Below are positions 1 to 6,687 of a stretch of DNA of 28,257 nucleotides, in pieces; within the stretch, counting starts at the first letter, position 1, and each line of letters opens with the position of its first letter. A program made the position numbers and the translations under genes. The DNA comes from a virus (Duplodnaviria > Caudoviricetes). The DNA lies in IMG/VR virus record IMGVR_UViG_3300037524_001161, positions 1 to 28,257 of that record; one strand, given 5' to 3'. The notes beneath the pieces were generated by a model. The model had not been told where the DNA came from and ran no database searches. It saw only the letters and a program-made list of their open reading frames with translations.

Positions 1-254
1 AGTGGCAGGATGGTTTTGGATTTGACGGATGAGGTGAGGGCCTCGTTGTCCAGGATGGCGCTGAGATCCGCAGTGAGCTTGCGCAGCACGTTCGCGTGAT
101 CGGCGGCCGGGTATTTGCCGAGGCGCACGCGATACCAGACGGTCTGGGAGACGCTGAGCTGCTCGGCGAATTGCTGATCGTTCTGGTTGCCCTGGAGTTC
201 GATGAGGCGGGAGACGACGGGATGGGATGGATCGAGTTGGATGGTGGGGTTCAT
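1..254 (-). CDS. MuB-like transposition ATPase, N-terminal HTH part only (runs off the window)
   Basis: Manual translation from ATG 254: MNPTIQLDPSHPVVSRLIELQGNQNDQQFAEQLSVSQTVWYRVRLGKYP..., an XRE-like HTH directly downstream of the transposase. The Walker motifs are not in the window. Confidence 0.7.
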   Translation of the reverse strand, partial: MNPTIQLDPSHPVVSRLIELQGNQNDQQFAEQLSVSQTVWYRVRLGKYPAADHANVLRKLTADLSAILDNEALTSSVKSKTILP

Positions 255-264
255 GGAGGTAAAA

Positions 265-288
265 GCTGAAATGCTGAAATGCTGAGAT
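265..288. repeat. Octamer tandem repeat (GCTGAAAT x2, GCTGAGAT) in the leader of the MuB-like gene
   Basis: Read directly from the sequence. Confidence 0.8.
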
Positions 289-299
289 GATAGATTGGA

Positions 300-1040
300 T
301 TAAAACGGGCACTGCGCCTCGCGGGTGCGGCGGCGGACGATGTCTGAGGGAGTGCCGGCGGCTTTCTCGCGGGAGACGCGGATGGAGGTCTCACGGGTGA
401 TCTCCGCAATGGCCTCGCCGTGGGTGCTGCGGTGGGGCTGCACAGGGTTTGCAGCATCGCTGCCTGGGGCGGGCAGAGTCTGGACGATGCGCTGCATCTC
501 GCGGGAATTGGCGGCGAGGGTATCGAGCGCCTCGCGGGTATCCTCCGCGTGGAGGGACTGGAGGCGTGAGGCGGCGCGGTTGAGGATGGCCTTGTTCTGG
601 CGGAGCTGCTCGGTCTGCGCCTCGGTGTCCAGGACGGCGGGGCGCTCGCGCAGTGGCAGGGACTCGATGTAACATCCCGTCTCGTCTAACAAGTGCAGCA
701 CCTCCGGGGTCTGGCGGTTGATGACGTAGTAGAATTTTTTCTCACGGCTGGTGAAATCGTTGAGGATGACGCTGTGCTCGTGGAAATAGACATATCTGCC
801 GCCGATGTCCTTGCGATCCACGGTGACACCCTTGTTGCCGATGACGGCGCGGCCCTTCATGCTGAGGATGGCGGCGGCGAGCTCGTTGGAGATGGGCCGG
901 ACCTCGCCGGGCCGGAGCCTGTATTCCTCGGCGGGCGAGACGGTGACGGCGCGGGTGCGGAGGGTGGTTTCCTCGGCGGCGGCGGAAGATGCGGGCGAGA
1001 CGCCCGCGCTCCCCTGGTCGAATGTGATGTTGCGGATCAT
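300..1040 (-). CDS. Transposase C-terminal part (MuA C-terminal beta-barrel-like domain plus helical tail) as a separate ORF
   Basis: SPAEEY helix followed by beta-rich AVIGNKGVTV..YVYF..YYVINRQTPEVLHLLDETGCYI, which is the pattern following the DDE core in Mu-type transposases. Lies between the DDE ORF and the MuB-like gene. Confidence 0.72.
   Translation of the reverse strand: MIRNITFDQGSAGVSPASSAAAEETTLRTRAVTVSPAEEYRLRPGEVRPISNELAAAILSMKGRAVIGNKGVTVDRKDIGGRYVYFHEHSVILNDFTSREKKFYYVINRQTPEVLHLLDETGCYIESLPLRERPAVLDTEAQTEQLRQNKAILNRAASRLQSLHAEDTREALDTLAANSREMQRIVQTLPAPGSDAANPVQPHRSTHGEAIAEITRETSIRVSREKAAGTPSDIVRRRTREAQCPF
985..1013. repeat. REP-like hairpin, copy 1 (GAAGATGCGGGCGAGACGCCCGCGCTCCC), inside a CDS
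   Basis: 29/29 identical to 8029-8057; stem GCGGGC-GAGAC-GCCCGC. Confidence 0.85.
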
Positions 1041-1050
1041 GGTGAGTTAG

Positions 1051-1078
1051 CAGTGAGCAGTGATCAGTGAGCAGTGGT
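1051..1078. repeat. Heptamer array (CAGTGAG/CAGTGAT, 4 units) between the two transposase ORFs
   Basis: cagtgag cagtgat cagtgag cagtggt; 1058-1077 is the exact reverse complement of 17913-17932. Confidence 0.9.
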
Positions 1079-2466
1079 CAGAGTGTTTCAACCTCTCGCC
1101 AGACGCCTGGACCGATTTCAGCTTCGAGGAGGGTGTGGAAGCCCTGCATGGTATGGCCACGGGTGGCATTGTGATCCCGGACGGCGGCAGCGACGGCGGC
1201 GGCTCCCTGGGAGGTGGTGAGGAGCGGCAGCTTGAGCTTGGCATCCGCGCCGGCGGCCAGCGCGGTGAGCTTGAACTGGGCGAGCTTCTCGGCCTGGGCG
1301 CGCAGCGTTTCCCGGCCGGAGCGGGAGGCGTCCTTGACGAGGGAATCCCCCACGCCGAGGTTGGCGGGTTGGTTGCCGAAGTTGTTGCCGCGCTGGCCGG
1401 GCTGGTGGCCGAGGCGGCGGTGGAGATTGCGGTTGAAGCTCTCGATGACAGCCTTGCCGGCGGAGTGGCCGGATGACTTGTCTGCGGGTGCGCCGATCCA
1501 GCGCACGCCGCCATCCATGGAGGTGCGGTGGATCTTGAGAGCGCCATCGGAGAATGCTTCCAGGACTTTTTGAGCGGCCTCGCTGCAGGCGACGGTGCCG
1601 CGCTCAAACCAGATGTGGGTGGTGTAGCCGACGCCGAGGCCGTAGCCATCCGCCTGCAAGGTGGCGGCGATGAGTTCGTCCACATCCTCCGCCCGGATGG
1701 CATCCACCGGCTTGACGAGGAAGGCGGGTATGGAGCGGGATGAGACCTCCATCATGAGATAGGCCATCATTTCCACGACGCGGCCGGAGAGCTCATCCAG
1801 GCAGACGAAATCAAGCCGGACGTCGTCGAGCGTGTAGAGCTCGCACTTGCGCAGCTTGCTGTAATCACGGTCGATGGATGGCAGGTGCTTGAGGGCGGCG
1901 GCGGTGCCGAGATTGCCCATGCGGGAGATGGCCTTGGGCGGCATCTTGCGAGTGATGGTCTTGTAGGACCATGGGAAGTCCGGCGGGTGGTTCGGCAGGG
2001 CGAGGGCGGGGTGCGCAATGGCCCACCAATCCTGCCAGGTGCCGATGCCGGGGAGGCTGCCGCCGGATTTCCAGAGGGAGATGAGGCGCTTGTAAATCTG
2101 CGCGGCCTCCATGCCGTTTTGGTGCTTGTCCCGGCCGCCGTTGTTGTTGGAGGCGAGGCGCTGGATCTCGTTGGCGAGGAGATCGGGGATGATGTGGGGT
2201 TTGTTGGGTGCGTAGGATGGCAGCAGCGAGGTGCATTTGCGGCCAGATTTTTCCCAGGCATACCAGAGACGAGTGAGGGTCTTGAGAGTGGCCTTGAGCG
2301 TGCGCTTGCCGCCATCGAGCGGCCGGCCGTGGATGCGTGACTCGATTGAGATGAGGCCGGCGACGAGTGGGGCGCACTCGGCATCCATGCGGTGCGCGAG
2401 GGAGCGGAACTCCTCATCAATGATGGAGACGCGTTGGCGTTGCCAGGCTGGGATTTTGCGGCTCAT
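1078..2466 (-). CDS. Mu-like DDE transposase (DNA-binding domains plus catalytic core), 462 aa from MSRKIPAW
   Basis: RNase H-fold motifs LYTLDDVRLDF, LMMEVSSRSI, IWFERGT, GKAVIESFNRNLH and a later HN..R.H motif. Confidence 0.88.
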   Translation of the reverse strand: MSRKIPAWQRQRVSIIDEEFRSLAHRMDAECAPLVAGLISIESRIHGRPLDGGKRTLKATLKTLTRLWYAWEKSGRKCTSLLPSYAPNKPHIIPDLLANEIQRLASNNNGGRDKHQNGMEAAQIYKRLISLWKSGGSLPGIGTWQDWWAIAHPALALPNHPPDFPWSYKTITRKMPPKAISRMGNLGTAAALKHLPSIDRDYSKLRKCELYTLDDVRLDFVCLDELSGRVVEMMAYLMMEVSSRSIPAFLVKPVDAIRAEDVDELIAATLQADGYGLGVGYTTHIWFERGTVACSEAAQKVLEAFSDGALKIHRTSMDGGVRWIGAPADKSSGHSAGKAVIESFNRNLHRRLGHQPGQRGNNFGNQPANLGVGDSLVKDASRSGRETLRAQAEKLAQFKLTALAAGADAKLKLPLLTTSQGAAAVAAAVRDHNATRGHTMQGFHTLLEAEIGPGVWREVETL

Positions 2467-2474
2467 GACGGGAT

Positions 2475-3173
2475 TCAGATGGTGATGGAATCCGGATCGA
2501 CGTGTGCGAGGGCGTCCGCTTCGTCGCTGGGCGTCCAATGGGTGCCGGTGAGTTCCCAGAGCATGGAGTAAACCCTGGCGGTGGCGGCGCGCTGGAAATC
2601 CGGATAGGCGGCGAGCTGGGACTTGAGCTGGCAGATTTTTTCCGACTGGACGCGGAAGTCCGAGAGGTTCTGGCGGAGGAAGTCGAATTCCTGCTGCTCG
2701 TGGGTGGGTGGTGGCGGCCCAGCGGGTGCAACCGGATCCAAGGTGGCATCGCAGAGGGCCTTGATGGTAGTGATGCCGCGGGCGGCGAGGGCGGAATCGA
2801 TGTCCTCCTCGGCAGCAGTATCGTCCAAGCCCAGGCCGCGCACGGCGGTCATGTATTTGTAGGCGGCACCCTTTTTGAGGTAGGGCGCGGCGGTGGAAAG
2901 CCAGCCTTCGAAGCTGTGGGCTTCGAGCTCGTCACGGCGTGACGAGCTTTTCCGGCCTTTCATTGCTCCGCGCTTTTTCGGGTCTTGAACAGCAAACGCG
3001 CAGTGGGCTTTGAGACAGTGCAGACCCTGCTTGAGGAGGTAGGGAATGATCTCCATTTGGTAGCGGCGCTCGCTTTCGAGACGGGATTCTTCGAGGGCGG
3101 CGAGGCGCTCGTGGGCGGTGCCGATGATGGTTTTGATATCTGGCAGGACGGTGATGGCGGTGGTTTTGGACAT
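2475..3173 (-). CDS. Early protein, DUF3102-like (upstream of the transposase)
   Basis: G..LKA...FEGWL......AYKYM pattern and position. Start taken at ATG 3173 behind a heptamer leader. Confidence 0.55.
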   Translation of the reverse strand: MSKTTAITVLPDIKTIIGTAHERLAALEESRLESERRYQMEIIPYLLKQGLHCLKAHCAFAVQDPKKRGAMKGRKSSSRRDELEAHSFEGWLSTAAPYLKKGAAYKYMTAVRGLGLDDTAAEEDIDSALAARGITTIKALCDATLDPVAPAGPPPPTHEQQEFDFLRQNLSDFRVQSEKICQLKSQLAAYPDFQRAATARVYSMLWELTGTHWTPSDEADALAHVDPDSITI

Positions 3174-3182
3174 GGGAGTTGA

Positions 3183-3221
3183 GAGTGATCGGTGATCAGT
3201 GTTCAGTGAGCAGTGGAAGAG
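3183..3221. repeat. Heptamer array (5 degenerate CAGTGAN units)
   Basis: gagtgat cggtgat cagtgtt cagtgag cagtgga; 3203-3221 is the exact reverse complement of 17908-17926. Confidence 0.85.
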
Positions 3222-3421
3222 AAAATTCCTGCGGGGTCTTGGAACTCGGCGACCTGCTCGATGGCGAGGTGTAAGCCGAAGCGGCGGTTGAATTTTTTTA
3301 CGGCCTTGTTCTTGGCTGCCTGGAAGGTGCGGGCGTTTTCCGGGTAGGTGGCGCGGCCTTTGTGTGGGCGGCCCTCCTCCGCCTTGCGGCGAGTCCAGTG
3401 GATGTTGATGAGGTAGAGCAT
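3203..3421 (-). CDS. Small basic hypothetical early protein (72 aa, MLYLINIHW...)
   Basis: Fits operon packing; ATG 3421 follows a C-rich leader. Confidence 0.6.
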   Translation of the reverse strand: MLYLINIHWTRRKAEEGRPHKGRATYPENARTFQAAKNKAVKKFNRRFGLHLAIEQVAEFQDPAGIFSSTAH

Positions 3422-3426
3422 GGAGG

Positions 3427-3654
3427 TTAGCAGTGAGCGGTGGATGGATATTGATCCGGGTCTCCGGGGATGTGGTTGTCGGCGAAAACCGACGGAGTGG
3501 ATGACCAGGACTGCATGAGGCCGTTGCATGGTGGGCCGGTAAGCTCGCAATCGTGGCCGATGACGCGGTCCTCATCGACGAGCACGACGCGCATTTGCTT
3601 GCCGGTTTTGCGGGGTCTCCAGATGGAGCCGGGTTGTGGGAGTTCTGAGATCAT
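3427..3654 (-). CDS. Small hypothetical early protein (75 aa, PQPGSIWRPRKTGKQMRVVLV, small beta-barrel-like)
   Basis: ATG 3654, operon packing, PG..W...K.G...V pattern common in small phage proteins. Confidence 0.6.
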   Translation of the reverse strand: MISELPQPGSIWRPRKTGKQMRVVLVDEDRVIGHDCELTGPPCNGLMQSWSSTPSVFADNHIPGDPDQYPSTAHC

Positions 3655-3670
3655 GGTTTTGGAGAGAGGC

Positions 3671-3734
3671 GGGGCGGATGCTAGTGCGGCTTTCCAAGAC
3701 CGAGCCCGGCGTTGCCGTGCGGGCCATCCGCCCC
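3671..3734 (-). other. Intergenic three-way-junction RNA-like structure
   Basis: 10-bp closing stem GGGGCGGATG/CATCCGCCCC with two internal hairpins, one with a GCAA tetraloop on the minus strand. Confidence 0.5.
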
Positions 3735-3743
3735 ATTGGTGGG

Positions 3744-3914
3744 TCAGGGTTTGAGGTCGGGGTGTTGCCAGGCGAAGTCCCGGCCGGCGTTCCAACCGCG
3801 GTTGTATTGGCCGCGGCTCTTGCCTACTCCTAACAGGGCTGCGGCGAAGAAGCCGATGGACGCGGCGATGACGGCGACGAGGATGCTGATGAGGATGACG
3901 GATTCGATGGTCAT
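3744..3914 (-). CDS. Small single-pass membrane protein (56 aa, not in the ORF track)
   Basis: Manual translation MTIESVILISILVAVIAASIGFFAAALLGVGKSRGQYNRGWNAGRDFAWQHPDLKP. Confidence 0.7.
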   Translation of the reverse strand: MTIESVILISILVAVIAASIGFFAAALLGVGKSRGQYNRGWNAGRDFAWQHPDLKP

Positions 3915-3924
3915 GATGGGGTTT

Positions 3925-3966
3925 GGTTGATGGTGGATGGTGGATGGTGGATGGTTGATGGTTGAT
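3925..3966. repeat. Heptamer array GGT(T/G)GAT x6
   Basis: Read directly; fills the intergenic gap upstream of ATG 3914. Confidence 0.9.
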
Positions 3967-3977
3967 GGCAGAGAGAT

Positions 3978-4391
3978 TCAGAGAGGGACGGGCACGCTGG
4001 CGCGCATGACGGTGTGGCCGTGGCCTTGTCCGCAATCGGGAAACACGCCGTAGTCATGACCGCTGCCGCAATCGACGCGGCGCTCTGCTCCGGCGTGCGG
4101 CTCCGGAAACGATCCGGTGATCTGGTGGATGCGGACGCGGCCGAGCTCGCCGAGGGAGAGCCAGACCTCGCGGCGGTCCCGCAGGATATCGTGGCGGCGG
4201 TCTGCGACGTGGATGAGGTGCTTGGCGATGAGGCGCTTGCCGGCGTGGCTGATGGCGGCCTGGGTGAGGCCGATACGCTCGGCGAGGGCAGAGATGTCGA
4301 GCGGGCCGTGCTCTGCGAGCAGCAGCAGGATCTGGAGATCGGTGAGGCCGATGCCGTGATAGCGTGCGGTGTTGAGTTCGGTGAGGTTCAT
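3978..4391 (-). CDS. MarR-like winged-helix regulator (137 aa)
   Basis: GLTDLQILLLLAEHGPLDISALAERIGLTQAAISHAGKRL...DRREVWLSL. Confidence 0.8.
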   Translation of the reverse strand: MNLTELNTARYHGIGLTDLQILLLLAEHGPLDISALAERIGLTQAAISHAGKRLIAKHLIHVADRRHDILRDRREVWLSLGELGRVRIHQITGSFPEPHAGAERRVDCGSGHDYGVFPDCGQGHGHTVMRASVPVPL

Positions 4392-4413
4392 GGGAGTGGA
4401 GAGTTGGAAGTGA

Positions 4414-4707
4414 TCAGTGGGAAAGTGCGGCGGCGCGTTTGCGCGTGGCGTGGATGACGGGGGTGCCGATGGTCTCGCGGGCGATGGCTTGGAACTTCTG
4501 ATAGGACCAGCCGAGGGGTTGATCATTGAGGCCTGCGGGCGGGCAGCGGTCGTAGCCAGGGATGGCATTGCCGGGGTTGCCATCCTGCCAGAGTGTCCAG
4601 CGCAGGATGAGGCCGCGATGGAGGCGGCGCACGGAGGTGAAGTGCTGGCTGAGGATGTAGCCCTTGAGCCAGGAGACGAAGGCGGCGGGTAGCGGATCGG
4701 TTTTCAT
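4414..4707 (-). CDS. Stand-alone protein resembling a DNA-binding domain of the transposase (97 aa)
   Basis: LILRW..G...IPGY..PP...GWSY..AAAL parallels transposase LISLWKSGGSLPGI..PPDFPWSY..AAAL. Confidence 0.6.
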   Translation of the reverse strand: MKTDPLPAAFVSWLKGYILSQHFTSVRRLHRGLILRWTLWQDGNPGNAIPGYDRCPPAGLNDQPLGWSYQKFQAIARETIGTPVIHATRKRAAALSH

Positions 4708-4726
4708 GGAGTGGGGATTGGAGAGG

Positions 4727-5011
4727 TTAGAGTTCGGAAGGCGGGGCGGAGTAGAGGTCACGGAGGATGCGCAGCCAGTTGGGATCGTGGCGGAAGCGGG
4801 TGAGGAGGTCGGCCTGGATCTGGCGGAGGCGGCGCTCGGTGAGGCCGTGCTCGGCGGCGAGCTCGGCAGCGCTCATCGCGGCGGGCTCCTTGGCGAGACC
4901 GGCGGCGCGCAGCGCGAGCCGGCGGAGCTTGGCGTCCGACACGGCGCGCTCGATCCAGGCATCGGCAAGGGCCTCGGCCAGGGAGTCGTCGTCGTGGAGG
5001 TGGGCGGACAT
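4727..5011 (-). CDS. HTH protein, sigma region 4-like (possible middle/late activator)
   Basis: MSAAELAAEHGLTERRLRQIQADLLTRFR. Confidence 0.65.
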   Translation of the reverse strand: MSAHLHDDDSLAEALADAWIERAVSDAKLRRLALRAAGLAKEPAAMSAAELAAEHGLTERRLRQIQADLLTRFRHDPNWLRILRDLYSAPPSEL

Positions 5012-5014
5012 GGG

Positions 5015-5215
5015 TCAGGCAGTGGCTTTGGTTTTGCGCATGGACTGCTCAAGGGCGCGGAATCGCCGCGTCAGGGAGGCGCTTTGACGGTGGCCGTGGA
5101 GCACGCGGGAAAGGTGCTCGCGAGTGACGCCTAACTGGATCGCCGCATCCTTCAGCGGGATATGGTTTGACGCCCTCGGGCGGCGCGTGTCTGATTTGAG
5201 CTTGTGACGGGTCAC
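5015..5215 (-). CDS. Ner/Cro-like HTH, first gene of the early operon (probable GTG start at 5215)
   Basis: LKDAAIQLGVTREHLSRVLHGHRQS; divergent from the repressor. Confidence 0.75.
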   Translation of the reverse strand: MTRHKLKSDTRRPRASNHIPLKDAAIQLGVTREHLSRVLHGHRQSASLTRRFRALEQSMRKTKATA

Positions 5216-5282
5216 ACGCGCAGAATTACAGTTTTCGCAGTCGATGCAACCTAAATTTTGCAGTCCATCGCAGTTTTCGCAG
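5216..5282. promoter_or_regulatory. Lysis/lysogeny switch region with repeated operator-like motif CAGTTTTCGCAG
   Basis: Exact 12-mer at 5229-5240 and 5271-5282; AT-richer than the surroundings; possible leftward TTGCAT-N15-TAATTC promoter (weak). Confidence 0.6.
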
Positions 5283-5672
5283 CGGACTGATGATTTAGCC
5301 TCTGCTCTAGGCTGCAACCTCAAGGAATTGCCTGAAAAAATGGGAATTTCCGAACGGGCGATGTACGGCTACAGGTCTGGAAAATATCCAGTGACTGCGA
5401 AAGCACTGCGAAAATTGGCAGCGGCCGAAGTAGCGGCTGGAATGAATCAGCGATCGGGAGCGTTTGTAGAAAGCTCCGCGGAGCTTAAGGAAAATCCCGC
5501 ATATCCAAGTGCGGATTTGCTGTGCGACGGGCCAACACATTATCGGGCGAAGGACAAAGCCGCCGGCGGACATGAGCCGCCCCTGCAGGATGATCCGATT
5601 TCCGCGGCGTTTTCCAAGATCCGAGAGGGTCTTGATATGTTGGAACAACTCATGAAAAAAATGCCTCAATAA
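5244..5672 (+). CDS. Prophage repressor, XRE-family HTH (no recognisable S24 peptidase domain)
   Basis: FSQR..L...LGCNLKELPEKMGISERAMYGYRSGK; divergent position; exact start uncertain. Confidence 0.78.
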   Translation: MQPKFCSPSQFSQRTDDLASALGCNLKELPEKMGISERAMYGYRSGKYPVTAKALRKLAAAEVAAGMNQRSGAFVESSAELKENPAYPSADLLCDGPTHYRAKDKAAGGHEPPLQDDPISAAFSKIREGLDMLEQLMKKMPQ

Positions 5673-5676
5673 AGCC

Positions 5677-6003
5677 ATGAAAAGACCCTCAGGAATGCCG
5701 AAATGGAAGTGGGAGCGAAGAAATGACCCGCCAAGCCGGGAAGAGACGACTCGTGAATCCGTAGCCAGGTTAGAGCAACTGAAAGCCTCCGGGGTGAAGT
5801 GGGTGGAATGGATCACGGCCGGTACCGGCGATGAATGCCCACACTGCCTGGCGATGAGCGGCAAGGTGATGAAAATCGAAAACGTTCCTTTCGTGGAGCA
5901 TCCGGATTGTGAGCATGAGATGGGCTGCCGCTGCCTCTTGATTGCGGTTGCAGCACCGGATGGAGAGGAAGATGATGAGTGCGAAGACGATCTTGAACCA
6001 TGA
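5677..6003 (+). CDS. Stand-alone MuF (SPP1 gp7-like) C-terminal Cys/His domain protein
   Basis: GVKWVEWITAG..ECPHC..HPDC..GCRC; aligns to 13820-14083 of the portal-MuF fusion. Confidence 0.78.
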   Translation: MKRPSGMPKWKWERRNDPPSREETTRESVARLEQLKASGVKWVEWITAGTGDECPHCLAMSGKVMKIENVPFVEHPDCEHEMGCRCLLIAVAAPDGEEDDECEDDLEP

Positions 6004-6287
6004 AAACGGACTCGCTCCCATGGCCCGTAATCCGCTGGATGGCGGCGGGTGTTTTTTATCTGCTCACAGTGGCGATCGCGTTCGACCAGGTGCGTATCCG
6101 GGAAGAAAGGATCAGCGAAATGAAAGCCGCGGCCAAAGAGATCCAGGAGGGACTCAACCGGATCATGCAAACGACGGATCAGAACATTCTGGAAACGGAG
6201 GAATTGATCGGGAGGTTGGAAGCCGAGGAGCAGCGCAAGAATGAAGAGGTGATCCGCACTTTGCGGCGATTCAGCGGCGAGCGGTGA
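6000..6287 (+). CDS. Membrane-anchored coiled-coil protein
   Basis: N-terminal TM segment (WMAAGVFYLLTVAIAF) then an E/K/R-rich helix; ATGA overlap with the upstream gene. Confidence 0.7.
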   Translation: MKTDSLPWPVIRWMAAGVFYLLTVAIAFDQVRIREERISEMKAAAKEIQEGLNRIMQTTDQNILETEELIGRLEAEEQRKNEEVIRTLRRFSGER

Positions 6288-6317
6288 AGCGCTTCCGGGC
6301 CGCCATTTCCGCCCCCA

Positions 6318-6326
6318 TGCTAGAGT
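6318..6326 (+). promoter_or_regulatory. Candidate extended -10 (TGcTAGAGT) giving a leaderless transcript
   Basis: 6 nt upstream of ATG 6333; no canonical -35. Confidence 0.4.
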
Positions 6327-6332
6327 GCGTGC

Positions 6333-6629
6333 ATGGCCAGCCAGTTGATGTTGTTCGAGACAGTGCAGACGGCGAATGCGGACGGATCGTTCACGGTGAG
6401 GCCGAAGGCGATCGCGGTGACGCGTGAGATCGGCGCTGGGCGTGCGGCCAAGATTCTGGGCCTGCACGTGGAGACGGTTTACCGGCTGTGTGAGCTGGGT
6501 GAGGAGCACGGCGGACTCAAAGCCTGGAAGCTGCCAAGCGCGCGCGGCAATGCGAAATGGAGGATTGATTGGGAGAGCGTCGCAGGCTACAAGCAGCGGC
6601 GGCAGCGCCAGATGGGCGCGGCATCTTGA
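6333..6629 (+). CDS. Excisionase/MerR-type (HTH_17-like) DNA-binding protein, candidate late regulator
   Basis: IGAGRAAKILGLHVETVYRL...LKAWK....KWRIDWESV; located just before the lysis genes. Confidence 0.75.
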   Translation: MASQLMLFETVQTANADGSFTVRPKAIAVTREIGAGRAAKILGLHVETVYRLCELGEEHGGLKAWKLPSARGNAKWRIDWESVAGYKQRRQRQMGAAS

Positions 6630-6641
6630 AAACAAGGCGCT

Positions 6642-6687
6642 GGACAGGATGTCCCGGCCACGGTCTGGAACTGCAAGTTCCAGCCAC
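6642..6687 (-). repeat. Two tandem GTGG-headed REP-like hairpins
   Basis: Minus strand GTGG-CTGGAACT-TGC-AGTTCCAG and GTGG-CCG-GGACA-TCC-TGTCC. Confidence 0.55.

Noticed and set aside
1041-1110. Programmed frameshift or readthrough joining the transposase ORFs
   Set aside because: An in-frame TAA at 1047-1049 blocks the downstream frame, readthrough of the TGA stays out of frame, and no slippery site was seen
5307-6635. 442-aa minus-strand ORF across the repressor operon
   Set aside because: No recognisable motifs; antisense to four coherent genes; expected shadow ORF in GC-rich DNA
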